Shown piece after piece: positions 44,511-55,430 of a stretch of 64,000 nucleotides of DNA. The notes under the pieces are model-generated. The model saw nothing but the letters and a program-made list of their open reading frames with translations. It was not told the origin of the DNA and searched no databases. Position 1 is the first letter of the stretch; every line of letters starts with the position of its first letter. The DNA is taken from positions 5,022,001 through 5,086,000 of the forward strand of contig NC_045715.1 in the NCBI RefSeq assembly GCF_009834535.1, read 5' to 3'. The translations under genes were made by a program, and so were the position numbers. The stretch comes from Camelus ferus (lineage: Eukaryota).

Positions 44511-44624
44511 AACCTGCTAACTGCCCTGGTTTTACATTTGACAGGTAGAATCTGCCAGGAGATGACTTCAACTTTGTTCTGCTATTTGTAAATTGTAGAA
44601 ATCAGTGTATAAAATGTTATCACT

Positions 44625-44804
44625 GCTTTTTTTTTAAAACAGCTTTATTGCTATAATTCATCTAACTGTACATTTCATCCATTTGATGTGTACGATTTGC
44701 AGGTTTGGTGTATTCACAGAGGTGTGCGCCTGTCACCACAGTCAATTTTAGAACACGTTCATTGCTCCAGAAAGAAACCCTGTACCAATAGCCGTCCCTC
44801 CCGG
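44625..44804 (-). mobile_element. L1MB-like 3' fragment
   Basis: cagctttattgctataattca...aattttagaacacgttcattgctccagaaagaaacc. Confidence 0.55.
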
Positions 44805-45062
44805 TGTTAGTTTGCTTGGGCTGCTGTAACAACGTACCATAGACTGGGTGGCTTAGACACAAATTTAGTTCTCAGTTCTAAAGGCTGGAGAGCCCAAGAT
44901 CAAGGTGTTGGTCAAGGTAGGTTCCATCCTGAGGCATCTCCTCTTGGCTTGTGGGTGGCTACCTTCTTGACGTATGCTCACAGGACCTCTTCTTTGTGCA
45001 TGCTCAGGAAGAAAAAGCATAAAGTGGTGTCCCTTCTAAAAGGGCACCAATGCTATCACCTG
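44805..45062 (-). mobile_element. MaLR LTR (MLT1A/B/C-like)
   Basis: tgttagtttgcttgggctgctgtaacaacgtaccatagactgggtggctta... Confidence 0.7.
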
Positions 45063-45565
45063 AAGGAAGAGATCTCTGAGGAGCAGCTGAAACTCCCAAG
45101 AGCAGGAGTTGCCCGGTCATCTGACCCAAGGTATTCTTTCAGAAGGTCCCGGGTTATTAGAACCGTGGGATTCTCATACGCACAGATAAAAGCGTTTGTT
45201 ACAAACAACAGGCTTTGGACAAATTAATGTAAACTCATTTCTTGCAATCCCCAGACATGCTGCCAGGGTGGAGGGCTGCAGAACCCAATAGCCTTTGGGG
45301 AAGCTCGGGCCGTGGGAACCTCTAGGGTACCCAGTGGCTGTGCGGTAACTGACGGGGTGGTTTAATTTCTCATCCACTGGTCCAGCATCGAGTGAAACAG
45401 GGATCACCTATTTTAGAAACACTTTAAACCAACCATTGAGGGCTGCTCTCCCACTTACGTGCTCTACCATATTTGGCTGATGAGACAGTCATTAAGTCAA
45501 CCAAGAATGGTCATGATTGAGACTGGTTTGTGGGAAGAATTCTGTCTTTGGGTCCTAATTATTTG

Positions 45566-46015
45566 TGTAGACTGAAAAAATGAACGTGAGAATTGTGAGT
45601 TAGGTTTTATTCAGGGCAAGATGAGGACTATAGTCCGAGAGAGCATTTCAGAGGGCTCTGGGGAACTGCTCTGAAAAGGCAGAGGAAGACAGTATTACGT
45701 ATGATTTTAGTGAAGCGGGGGAGAGTTAAGCACACATTTTGGCAGAGGCTTATGCTAGTCAGCGAGGAGCAGATGTCACTGTTAACAATTTCAGTGCATT
45801 TCTAGGTGAGGAGATACAAGAATTTGGGCTCATAAAATCTGAAAATTTCTCCCTCGGAAGGCTTGTTCCGCCAGTTTTTCCAGAGCACAGAGCGCCTCAT
45901 TGCTGATCACCCTGAACTTTCAGGCTGAGTTGAAGATAAGCGGCTGCACTGAAGGTCAGCGGCTGCAGCGCCTCGTGATGTAATCCTTGCAGAGGCAGAT
46001 GGCAAGTGCCAAGTT
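45566..46015 (-). mobile_element. ERV1-type solo LTR (MER41-like, laurasiatherian)
   Basis: tgtagactgaaaaaa...gagttaggttttattc...gtgcatttctaggtgaggagatacaag resembles recalled cetartiodactyl ERV1 LTRs; the family name is uncertain. Confidence 0.5.
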
Positions 46016-46039
46016 TTAACTGGCATTTGAAAGCAGGCG

Positions 46040-46430
46040 AATGACCCGCAGTCTTAGGAGGGGTGGGTCTTCTCTGCCTGCTGACTTCCGGTTCCCCCGA
46101 CCCCAGCGCTCGCAGGGCTGCTGCACCGCAAGTGGCAAGGGACAGGCAGCAGCGTGTTACCTGGAGGGAGACAAACCTTCCAGTTTTTCTCGTTTTATAA
46201 AAGTTTTTGTCTCATGTGAAAGTGAAACAGCAGGTAAGAGGCTGACCAGCTTCAACTGGTTTTGCCTCCTTAAATACCTAGAGTTAGTCTACAGAGAGCA
46301 CTGCGCATGTGCAAGACGGGACCGCGGGAACCGAGTACCTTCCGCCGCCGCCGCCGCCGCCGGAGCTCAGAGAAGAGAGACGCTGCGGCTGGAGCCCTTT
46401 AAGAAGGGGGAAAGCCTTCAGTGAGGAAGA
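46040..46430. promoter_or_regulatory. Orphan CpG-rich promoter/enhancer-like element
   Basis: ETS ACTTCCGGT 46084-46092, NRF1-like TGCGCATGTGCA 46302-46313, (CCG)7 46342-46362. Confidence 0.5.
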
Positions 46431-47659
46431 GCTGGCTTCCAGCAGCACCGGTAGCTCGTGGGGACTGATTCAAGACTAACCAAGCCGCTTCCAAGTTTGA
46501 AATTCCCTGAACTCCTCAAGTTTTGCCCCCCACCCTGGATGGGGAGACGGCTTCGCGGGCTTCGCCTGCTGCGTGCTTCGCCCGTCAGCCTCACAGTATG
46601 CCTCTTTCTTCCCTCAGAAGCTGTTGCCACGGCATTGGCTTCGCTGTGAGTCAGACAGCGAGCATTTGCTTGGTAACAAGAGGTTGTAAATGCTCAAATT
46701 TTATCCTAGATATGTTAGAAACAAGGACTGTTTCTAAAGAAAGGGACTTCCAGTTAAGCAAAGATAACATTGCTTTTACGTCTAAAGGGATTGAATTAAC
46801 AGGTTGTAAATCTGTGATTTCTTTTGTGCTTCTCAGAAAGACTGAGTGCCTTAGAAGGATGTTTTCATTGTATTTTACGGGCATTGAATGCTAAAAGGAG
46901 CTAAAATGGAACTCCATCGTTGAAGCGGGACAGAATCAGGTGGAACCAGTCAGCTCTGATATGTTTTCAGCCCTCTTGTTGGGAGAACCACCCCGAGGGC
47001 CCACGCTGGGGTGCTGGGCTGGTGGTCCACCGCTTTATCCAGGCCACTCCGACTCCTGCGGCTGCGGGAACTCATGGCCATCTTGGTGGGAATAACCAGT
47101 GCTCGAGCTGGGCTGGAGGGTGGAAGAGAAAGAGGAGGCCTGAAAGAAACGGCAGGTAAGAGTGGCGTTTTGGGATATATGAGGTCATTGTGTGGTTGAG
47201 TGCTGTTTGGAATTGGCAGTAATATGAAATTTGCTTTTTAAATATGGAAAAAAGCCCCCAAACAAACCCATGATTTGGAAGCAGCTCATGTCATTGAGCA
47301 GCTCTGTTCTCCCTGGCAAATCTCGCTGCAAGTGAACATTCCTGGGATCCACGCTGAGGTGGAAGTGGTGGCCCAGGCAGTCTGAGTGTTTCAAGATCAA
47401 GAGCAGAATTTGAAACGGCTGTTCAGAAACAGTACCCCACTCCTGCTCAGGGAGAGCTTCCAAGCCTCCTTTCACACGGAAGACGCTTGAAGATAAGCAT
47501 TTTCCTTCTCTCGTCTCACGAATCTTTCATTAAATCCATGAACACCCCCTCCCCCATATGATCTTAAGCACTCTCCTAGGCATGGTCTTAGCACCGGACA
47601 TCAGAATCCTCGCGGGAGGCACGGAAGCCTTTCCTCTGAGCTCCCACAGCATTTGTACT

Positions 47660-47820
47660 TTATTATTTTTTTTAATTGAAGTATAGTTGGTTTACAACTT
47701 TGTGTTAGTTTCTGGTGTACAGAATAGTGATTAAGTTATAATACATGTATTCCTTTTCATATTTTTTTCATTATAGGCTTTTACAAGATATTGAATATAG
47801 TTCCTTGTGCTATACAGGTG
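47660..47820 (-). mobile_element. L1 3'-end fragment
   Basis: ttttttaattgaagtatagttggtttac... Confidence 0.8.
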
Positions 47821-47834
47821 GGCTATAATTTTTA

Positions 47835-48200
47835 AAAGTTTTTTAAAAAAATTGTGATAAAACACCAAATTTACTGCTTTAACTATTAAGTGTGCAGTTC
47901 AGTGATATTAAGTACATTCACCTGGTGCAACCATCACCACCATCACCTCCAGAATTTTTTCATCTTGCAAGACTGGAACCCTCCATCCATTAAAACTAAT
48001 TCCGTATTCCCCTCTCCCTTCAGCCCCTGACAACCACCATTCTGCGTTGTCTCTGAATTTGACTGCTCTGGGTCTCTAATGTGAGTGGAGTCGCAGTGTT
48101 TATCGCTTGTTTCTGGCTCCAGGTTCATCTGTGGTGAAGCATATGTCAGTTTCTTCCCCTTCAAAGGCCGAGTGGTGCCCCACTGTGTGTGTACCACATT
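47835..48200 (-). mobile_element. L1MB-like 3' region
   Basis: aagtgtgcagttcagtgatattaagtacattcac...caaccaccattctgcgttgtctctg. Confidence 0.65.
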
Positions 48201-49172
48201 TTGTCCTCTGCCTTCCATCTGGCACTTGTCTGCTGTCTCTTAGTTTGTAAGCTGCATGGGGACAAAAAGACATGAAAGATCCACGCTTTAAATCCCTCCA
48301 CCTTGGCAGGTGGCGGAGTACCCAGCGTATCATAAGTCTGCATTACTCAAGTAGGCTTGTCAGTGCTGACTTCACACACACAAACACCCCAGAATCAACG
48401 TGGAGGGCGTGGCTGGCTGTTACTGTGAGTGAGAGGATAACCTGGTCCTAGGCATGGATTGATTGCCTGACTGATTGGTTGATAAAATAATTCACTCATC
48501 CAACAGATACTTTATACCCACCTCGCATATGTCAGGCAGTTTGCTGATGACTGAGACCCCACGGCAGATACAGTACCTGCCTTCACGGAGTTTCTGACTA
48601 ATGGAGGAGAAATTCGAACATAATTTCCCAGGTGAATACATATAATAACTGTAAGCTGTGACAAGAGGTGGGAGGAAAGTTACAGACAGGCTGAATGATA
48701 CAGTGGAAACTTCTAATGAGATTCAAATCTGTACGATTGACCTGGATAGATGCCACCCCTGAGAGGCCAGGTGGGGAATGGGGGCCAGCAAGGAGGAAGA
48801 CTGGCTAGAGACAAAGGCGGAGAACAAGGTGATGTCACAAAGCCAAGAGGAGAGGGTGTGCCGGGAGGAAGGGTCCATCTGCTGGGACGAGTGCTGGGGA
48901 ATCACTGGGTGATTCGAGGGGGGGGGGTGAGCTCTGGACAGGGACCTTGGATCTGGCAAAATGGAGGTGACAGTTTCCTTGCCACCAGCAGTTTGAATGG
49001 AGTCAGATACTAGGTATTGAAAAGCTAGTTTCTGAAGAACCTTGAGAGACGAATGTAAAGGACTCCCCGGTAGCTGATGGCAGTTTTCTTGTCCTGCTTG
49101 TGAACTGCACACACTCCCTCCCTCCACCCACCCCCACCCCAGTGCTCTGGTCAAGGAGTCCCTACCACCTTC

Positions 49173-50249
49173 TAAAATTCAGAATAGTGCCTGGCATAAG
49201 GTGATTAGGTTATATGTGTTGAGTACTGGTCTAGGCTCTCTGTATTATTTTATATGAACTCATTTAATCCTTATGTAACAATTCTACTGTTGCCCTGGCT
49301 TATATTGGGGGAAAGAGGGGCCAGTACCCCTTCTTACCCTGGTGAGGAACCATGCTGTCTGGGTCCAACACTCCTGACCAGTGTCGGGCTCCGAGTCCAT
49401 GTGGGCCAACGTGAGCCTTTCCCGACGAGTTGTCCTCTGTGGCAGGCGGAGCGGCGCGAGCCAAGCTTTTCCTTTTGTGTCTGCCTTTCACTCACAGCTT
49501 TATTGCTGACCTTGGGCAGTATTTATTACGTGTATTAATCAGGCTTTTCAGACTAGAGAACAGAACAGGCCACTAGGAGAGAGAGATGGTGAGGGACAGA
49601 GGTATTTAAGGAGCTGGCTCCCAAGATTGTTGGGACTGGCAAGTCTGAAGACTGCTGGGCAGGCCAGCAGGCTGGAAATTAAGGTGAAAGTGGATGCAGT
49701 TTTGAGTCTGAAGGCTGGAAACTCAGGCCGAATGTCTGTGTTGCAGTCTAGAGGCAGCATTCCCTCTTCTTAGGAGGACCTCACTCTTTGCTCTTAATGC
49801 CATCAACTAGTTGGTTGAGGCCCACCCACATTGTGGACAGTAATCTGCTTTACCCAAAGTCTACTGATTTAAATACAAATCACAGCTGGAAGAAAAATTA
49901 AAAACCTTTACAGCAACATCTCAGCTGGTGTTTGACCACACAACTGGATACCATAGCCTAGCCAAGCGGACACATAGAACTAACCATCACAAACATCTTC
50001 ATTAGCCTCTTTCCTCCCATTTAAAGGCATTAAAAGGGTTTGGACTCTAGCTCTGCCCTTTGCTGGCTGTGCCACTTTGGGGAAGTTCGTTTTCTCTCTG
50101 AGCCCCTCTTTCCCCAATATAAGCCAGGGCAACAGTAGAATTGTTACATAAGGATTAAGCGCGTTCATATAAAATAGTACAGAGAGCCTAGTCCAGTACT
50201 CAGCACATATAACCTAATCACCTTATGCCAGGCAGTATTCTGAATTTTA
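49173..50249. repeat. Inverted repeat pair 49173-49321 / 50102-50249 (~95% identical, 780-nt spacer)
   Basis: Base-by-base reverse-complement comparison gives about 8 differences in ~149 nt. Confidence 0.95.
49531..49991 (-). mobile_element. ERVL LTR (MLT2 family)
   Basis: tgtattaatcagg...gaggcccacccacatt...gacacatagaactaaccatcaca. Confidence 0.75.
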
Positions 50250-50265
50250 CATATATTAACTAATT
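50040..50265. mobile_element. MIR remnants (source of the inverted-repeat arm)
   Basis: gctctgccctttgctggctgtgccactttggggaag...ctctctgagcc MIR core, plus tatgccaggcagtattctgaattttacatatattaac. Confidence 0.55.
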
Positions 50266-50274
50266 TTCAAGAAA

Positions 50275-50452
50275 AAAAATTTTTTAAGTTGAAGTGTAGC
50301 CAGTTTATGATGTTGTGTCAATTTCTGGTGTACAGCATCATATTTCAGTGACACCTATGCATACATAGTCATTTCCATATTCTTTTTCATTATAGGTCAC
50401 TACAAGTTATTGAATTTAGTTCCCTGTGCTAGACAGTAGGACCTTGTTATTT
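50275..50452 (-). mobile_element. L1 3'-end fragment
   Basis: gttgaagtgtagccagttt...cagtaggaccttgtt. Confidence 0.78.
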
Positions 50453-50801
50453 AAAGAAAAAATTCTGTTCATCTTAAAATTGCATTTATACATTAAGAAA
50501 CTCCCCCGTCACGGCCAATGAATGACTTGAATCAAGGAAAGTGGAGGGAAACCATATGTTCAAAGTAAATTGGACAAGATAAAGAAATGGGTTTCAAATG
50601 CAAATGTTCAAAAAAGAGAAAAGGCCCCAGAGTCTTTCCCTGCTCACTTTCTTATGGGCACTTTCAGGTCCTATCTTTTAAGATAATTAAAAAAATACAA
50701 ACCTCCTTGCTCAGTGATATTCTTGTTTTGCTGTTTTATCATGACTATGGCAGAGGCCTTGGAGTTTTCTTTTTCTGGTAGTCTGTAAAAAGCATCTTCT
50801 C

Positions 50802-50839
50802 AAAAAAAAAGAAAAAAAGAAAGAAAGAAAGAAAGAAAA
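50802..50839 (+). repeat. A-rich (AAAG)n microsatellite
   Basis: Read directly from the sequence. Confidence 0.85.
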
Positions 50840-51029
50840 GCATCTTATTGTACACTGTACTTTAAATGTGCATTTGTGGGCTGCTGGGAACCCAGCCACC
50901 ACCAATCACATTTCCAAGGGAAAATGTATTCCAAGGTCTAAGCAAAGGACTTACAGACTTTTAGTAAATAACCCGTCTCTGATTTGCTGAATGTCTACTT
51001 TAAATATAGACAAGATAATGAAGTGGTTA

Positions 51030-51235
51030 AGGACAAGGGTACTGAAGCTCTCAAACAGCTACGAGTCCCAGCCTGGCCATCTGCAGTCGTTTCTTTGTGG
51101 GCAAATTGCTTAAACCCCCAAAAGCCTCAGTTCCTGCACTTGTTAATGAGCATAACAAATACGAGCTCATAGATTTGTTGTGAGGATTAGAATGAATTTT
51201 TCTAGCCCATAAAAAAAGTGCTCAATAAATGAAAC
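51030..51235 (+). mobile_element. MIR
   Basis: gggcaaattgcttaaac...gcctcagttcc...ttgttgtgaggattagaatga...gtgctcaataaatg. Confidence 0.65.
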
Positions 51236-51546
51236 CATTCTACTCTAGAGATCAGAGTGTCCATAACATCTCAAATATTTGGTGCTCATTATCCTTATAC
51301 CTTGCTTTCTACATGAGAAAACTGGGCAGAGAGATTAAGTTACTCCTCTAAACTCTGAGGTTATGCATTTATCCCATTGCTCCAAAGAGTATTTGTTTCC
51401 ACTGAAGAACTTCCCGCAACGCACTGTCATCTGGCCTCAGCAAGCGCCACTGAGGTCAGCCATGATTTCTGCATCGCCAAACCCGAAGGACACTTTGGGT
51501 CTTTAAATTACTGAGTCTCTGTTATATTTGACTCTGTCAAACCCAC

Positions 51547-51937
51547 TGTGATGGGCTGAATTGCAACCCCCGCAGATTCATATATTGAAGTACCAACTCT
51601 TAGTGATGCTTCAGATTGTGACTATTTATTTGCAGAGAAGAACTTTCAAGAGGTGATCAAGTTAAAATGAGGTCCTGAAGGTGAACTCTAGCCCAATGTG
51701 ACTGGTGTCTTTGTAAGAAAAGGAGATTGGGTCACACACACACAGAGGAAAGACCATGTAAAGACAGAGGGAGAAGGTGGCTGTCAACAAGCCAAGAAGA
51801 GAGGCCACAGAAAAAAAAATCAACCCTACCAGTTGCCATGATTTTGGATTTCTAGCCCCCACCACGAGAAAATAAATTTCTATTGTTTTAGCTGCCCAGT
51901 CCGTGGTACTTGGTTACGGCAGCTGGAGCAGACTGAT
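51547..51937 (+). mobile_element. MaLR LTR (MLT1A/B-like)
   Basis: tgtgatgggctgaattg...aataaatttctattgttt...ggtacttggttacggcagc. Confidence 0.75.
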
Positions 51938-51999
51938 CCAGCCCCCTTTGTGAAGCTCGCTACTGCCTGGATTCCAACTCCACATCCTCTTTCTGGAGA

Positions 52000-53390
52000 G
52001 ACTTTTTGTCCTTTGTGCATCCTTAAATATTGATGATCCTCAGTGTTGATGTTCTTTCTCATTCGAGAGGCTCTGCCCAGCAGATGTCACCTGCTCATAG
52101 GTTTCAACTATGTTGACAGTAAACAATTGTCTTGTGTTTTGACTGTGTTCACCATAATTCAATGACGTCAGCCCAGCCCTCTCTTCCAGGCACCATGTTT
52201 ATGTGTAAAATTGCACATCTCCCCTGAATACTTTCCACACACCTCAGACTCTACAGTCCAAAATTGTGGTCGTCATCTTCTCCCAGAATGGGCTCGGCCT
52301 CCTGCTTTCTGGTTCCCTGCGTTCGGTTCACATCAGCTTCTTCCTGTTCACCCACCTGGAGCCTTGAGAGCCAGTCTCACTGTCGCCCTTTCCTTTACCG
52401 CTACTTTTATCTCCGCAAGTAAGGGGTTAGCCCTCCTGCCCTTTCTGTTTTTACCTCCCTGTGCTAGTCCAGCGGCAAGCATCTCTTGCTAGATGGCTGC
52501 CACCGTCCCCTCCTCCCTCTCTGCCTTCAGTCTCACTCTCAGATCAGTCCCAGCTGTAGTTGCCTCGGTAACCGCCTGGTCTCCCTCCCCGTTCTCTTCC
52601 CAGGACAGCACCACCCATCCTCTTAAAAGTGTTATCAGCTCCTTGGGAAGGACTTGTGGACATAGTTAGGGCGGTTAGACAGGGCAGGACTGACCAAGAA
52701 GAAGCTGTTTAAGAAGAGGCTGAGGAGGCACCAGTGTGGTCCTTCAAAACACCCAGCGAGTTATCAAAAAACAAACATTTTAAATGGGCTTCAGCTTTTG
52801 CCATTTTCCCAAAGGTCTTTAAGGGTTGTTGGGTTTCTACGAAGCTGTCTACTGCCACCTTCTGGCAAAAAGTTGAAAAGAAACTCCCAGGTGTGAAATT
52901 CTCACTTCTAAAAGCCTGGTCGTCTCTGCTGTTGCAGTGGATGAGTGATCTTGCTCGACCCCAAGGACAGCACCTCTTCCTACGCACTGCAACTGTCCTC
53001 CCTCACTCACCCAGAGACCGTGTTGGGAATAATCCCCTCTGTCCTGCGCCGTCAGGTCTTTCTCAGTGGCACGCAAATCTGCTGGTCGCCCATCTCAAAA
53101 ACAAAACAAAACAAAGTCAAGGGGAAAAGACCCTCAAATACCTGACATTCACACTAGACTTCTCTCTAGTTGCCACCCCGTTCTCTGCTCTCCTTCGTGG
53201 CAAACCTCTTCCAAAGAGTTTTCTATGCTCTTTTCTGATTATGTCAAGTCTATTCCCAGTCGGGTTTTTGCCTCTAACACTCCACCTACACTGCGGGGCC
53301 AGGGCCACAGGTGACTTTCTCTCGCCAAATCCAGTGGCCAAGTCTCAGTCCACGTCTTGACCCAAGTGAGGCTGACATCGTTGCTGAGTT
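52000..53390. mobile_element. Degraded L2 fragments (~52000-52600 and ~53000-53390)
   Basis: Pyrimidine-rich L2-like wording (catctcccctgaata...agactc...ccaaaattg; caaatccagtggccaagtctcagtcc). Confidence 0.45.
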
Positions 53391-53399
53391 CCTTCTTTA

Positions 53400-53775
53400 A
53401 TTTTAGTTTTAATTTAATTTAATTTTTTATTGAATTATAGTCAGTTTACCACTTTGTGTCAATTTCTGGTGTACAGCACAATTTTTCAGTGATACATGAA
53501 CATACATATATTCATTGTCACGTTCTTTTTCACTGTGAGCTACGACAAGATCTTGTATGTATTTCCCTATGCTACACAGTATAAACTTGTTTATTCCTTC
53601 TCTTTTAAATTGAAGTATAGTTAGTTTAGAGTGTGTCCATTTGTGGTGCACAGCATCATGTTTCAGTCATACATGTGCATACATATATTCGTTTTCATAT
53701 TCTTTTTCATTATGGGTTGCTGCAAGATATTGACTAGAGTTCCCTGTGCCATATGGAAGGAACTTGTTTATGTAT
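53400..53775 (-). mobile_element. Two tandem L1 3'-end fragments (~53400-53595, ~53605-53775)
   Basis: Two consecutive attgaa(t/g)tatag starts with the shared consensus. Confidence 0.8.
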
Positions 53776-53904
53776 TCTGAGTCCCTTCTTGAAACGCTTC
53801 CCACATGTCCAAGACCCCACCGTCTCTGGTTAGAGGAACACATTCTCTCTAACCCATCTACTTCTGCTGGAACAAAGCAACAGCAACGCAATCTTTAATC
53901 AATT

Positions 53905-55430
53905 ATTTATTTCAATTATTTATTTATTTTTATTTTGAGACAATTTTTTAAAGCAATTTTAGGTTCACAGCAAAACTGAGAAGGTACAGAGATTTCCCAC
54001 ACACCCCCCTGCCCCACACATGCCTAGCCTCCCCCAACCCCACTACACGGATGAACCATGTTCGACACATGGTCCTCACCCAAGTCCATCGTTCATGTCA
54101 GGATTCACTTTTGGTCTTGTGCATTCTAAGGGCTTGAACAAATAGACCTTCCTCCATTTACAGTGGGGGTTATGTCCCAATAAACCTACGGTAAGTTGGA
54201 AATGCATTTAATCCCCTTAACCTACTGAACATCACGGCTTAGCCTCGCCTACCTTAAACGTGCTCAGAACACTTATGTGAGCCCACAGCTGGGCAAAAGC
54301 ATCTACCCCAAAGCCTGTTCTACAAGAAAGCATTGAATATCTCATGTACTGCATTGAGTACTGTACTGACAGTGAAAAACAGGATGGTTGTCCGGGTTTG
54401 GATCGGTGGTTAGTGTTTGAGTTTGGTGGTTTACCCTCGTGATTGCGGGGCTCACCGGGAGCAGCTGCTGCCCGGGATCACGAGGGAGGTGCGTATCCCT
54501 AGCCCGGAAAAGATCAAAATTCAAAATTCAGAGTATGGTTTCTACTGAATGTGTATTGCTTCTGCACCATTGTCAGGGTGAAAAATTGCGTCGAACCCTC
54601 GGAAGTCCATCATTGTGACATCACATAGAGTATTTTTACATCCCTAGAAAGCCTCCATGCCTCACCTGTTCATCCCTCCCCGATAACCTTTAGCAACCAT
54701 CGATCCTTTTACTATATCCATGGTTTTACTTTTTCCAGTATGTTAAATAGTTGGAATTATATAATATGTGGCCGTCTCAGATTGGTTTCTTTCACTTAGG
54801 CAGTTAAGGTTCTTCTATGTCTTTTCATGGTTTGATAGCTCATTTCTTTTTAGTGTTGAACGATACTCCAGTATCAGCCTGCACCACAGTTTATTTATCC
54901 ACTCACCTGTGGTAGGATATCTTGGTTGCTTCCAAGTTTTGGCAATTATGAATAAAGCTGCTATAAACTTCTGTATGCAGGTTTTTTGCTTGTTTTCTGT
55001 TTTTTTGTGGTTGGTTTTTTTTTTTTTCTATATGAAAGTTTTTGCGTGGACATAAGTTTTCAACTTGTTAGGGTAAATACCAAGGAGCATGATTGCTGGA
55101 TTGTACAGTAAGACTCTGTTTAGTATGTAAGAAACCACCAAACTGCGTTCTAAAGTGACAGCACCATTTTGCCTTCCCGCCAGTCAGATGAGGGTTCCTG
55201 TTGCTCCGCATCCTCACCAGCACTTGGTGGTGTCAGCGATCCAGGTTTTGGCCGTTCTAATAGGAGTGCGGTGGTGTTCCATTGTCTCTTGAATTTGCGC
55301 TTCCCTGATGACCCGTACTGTGCAGCATCTTTTCATGTGCTTGTTTGCCGTCTCTGTATCTTTGGTGAGGTGTCAGTTCAGGTCTTTGGCCCATGTTTTA
55401 GTTGCCTTGCTTATTTTCTTACTGTTGAGT
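53905..55430 (-). mobile_element. Old L1 (L1MB/MC-like) interrupted by a Tigger element
   Basis: gcaattttaggttcacagcaaaactgag...gggtaaataccaaggagcatgattgctggattg...catcctcaccagcacttgg. Confidence 0.7.
54143..54612. mobile_element. Tc1/mariner-Tigger MITE (Tigger3/MER7-like)
   Basis: gggttatgtcccaataaacc...aatgcatttaat...ttagcctcgcctaccttaaacgtgctcagaacactta. Confidence 0.7.

Noticed and set aside
52734-53360. 208-aa ORF
   Set aside because: It starts at GTG, runs across L2 remnants, and shows no recognisable domain or splice context.
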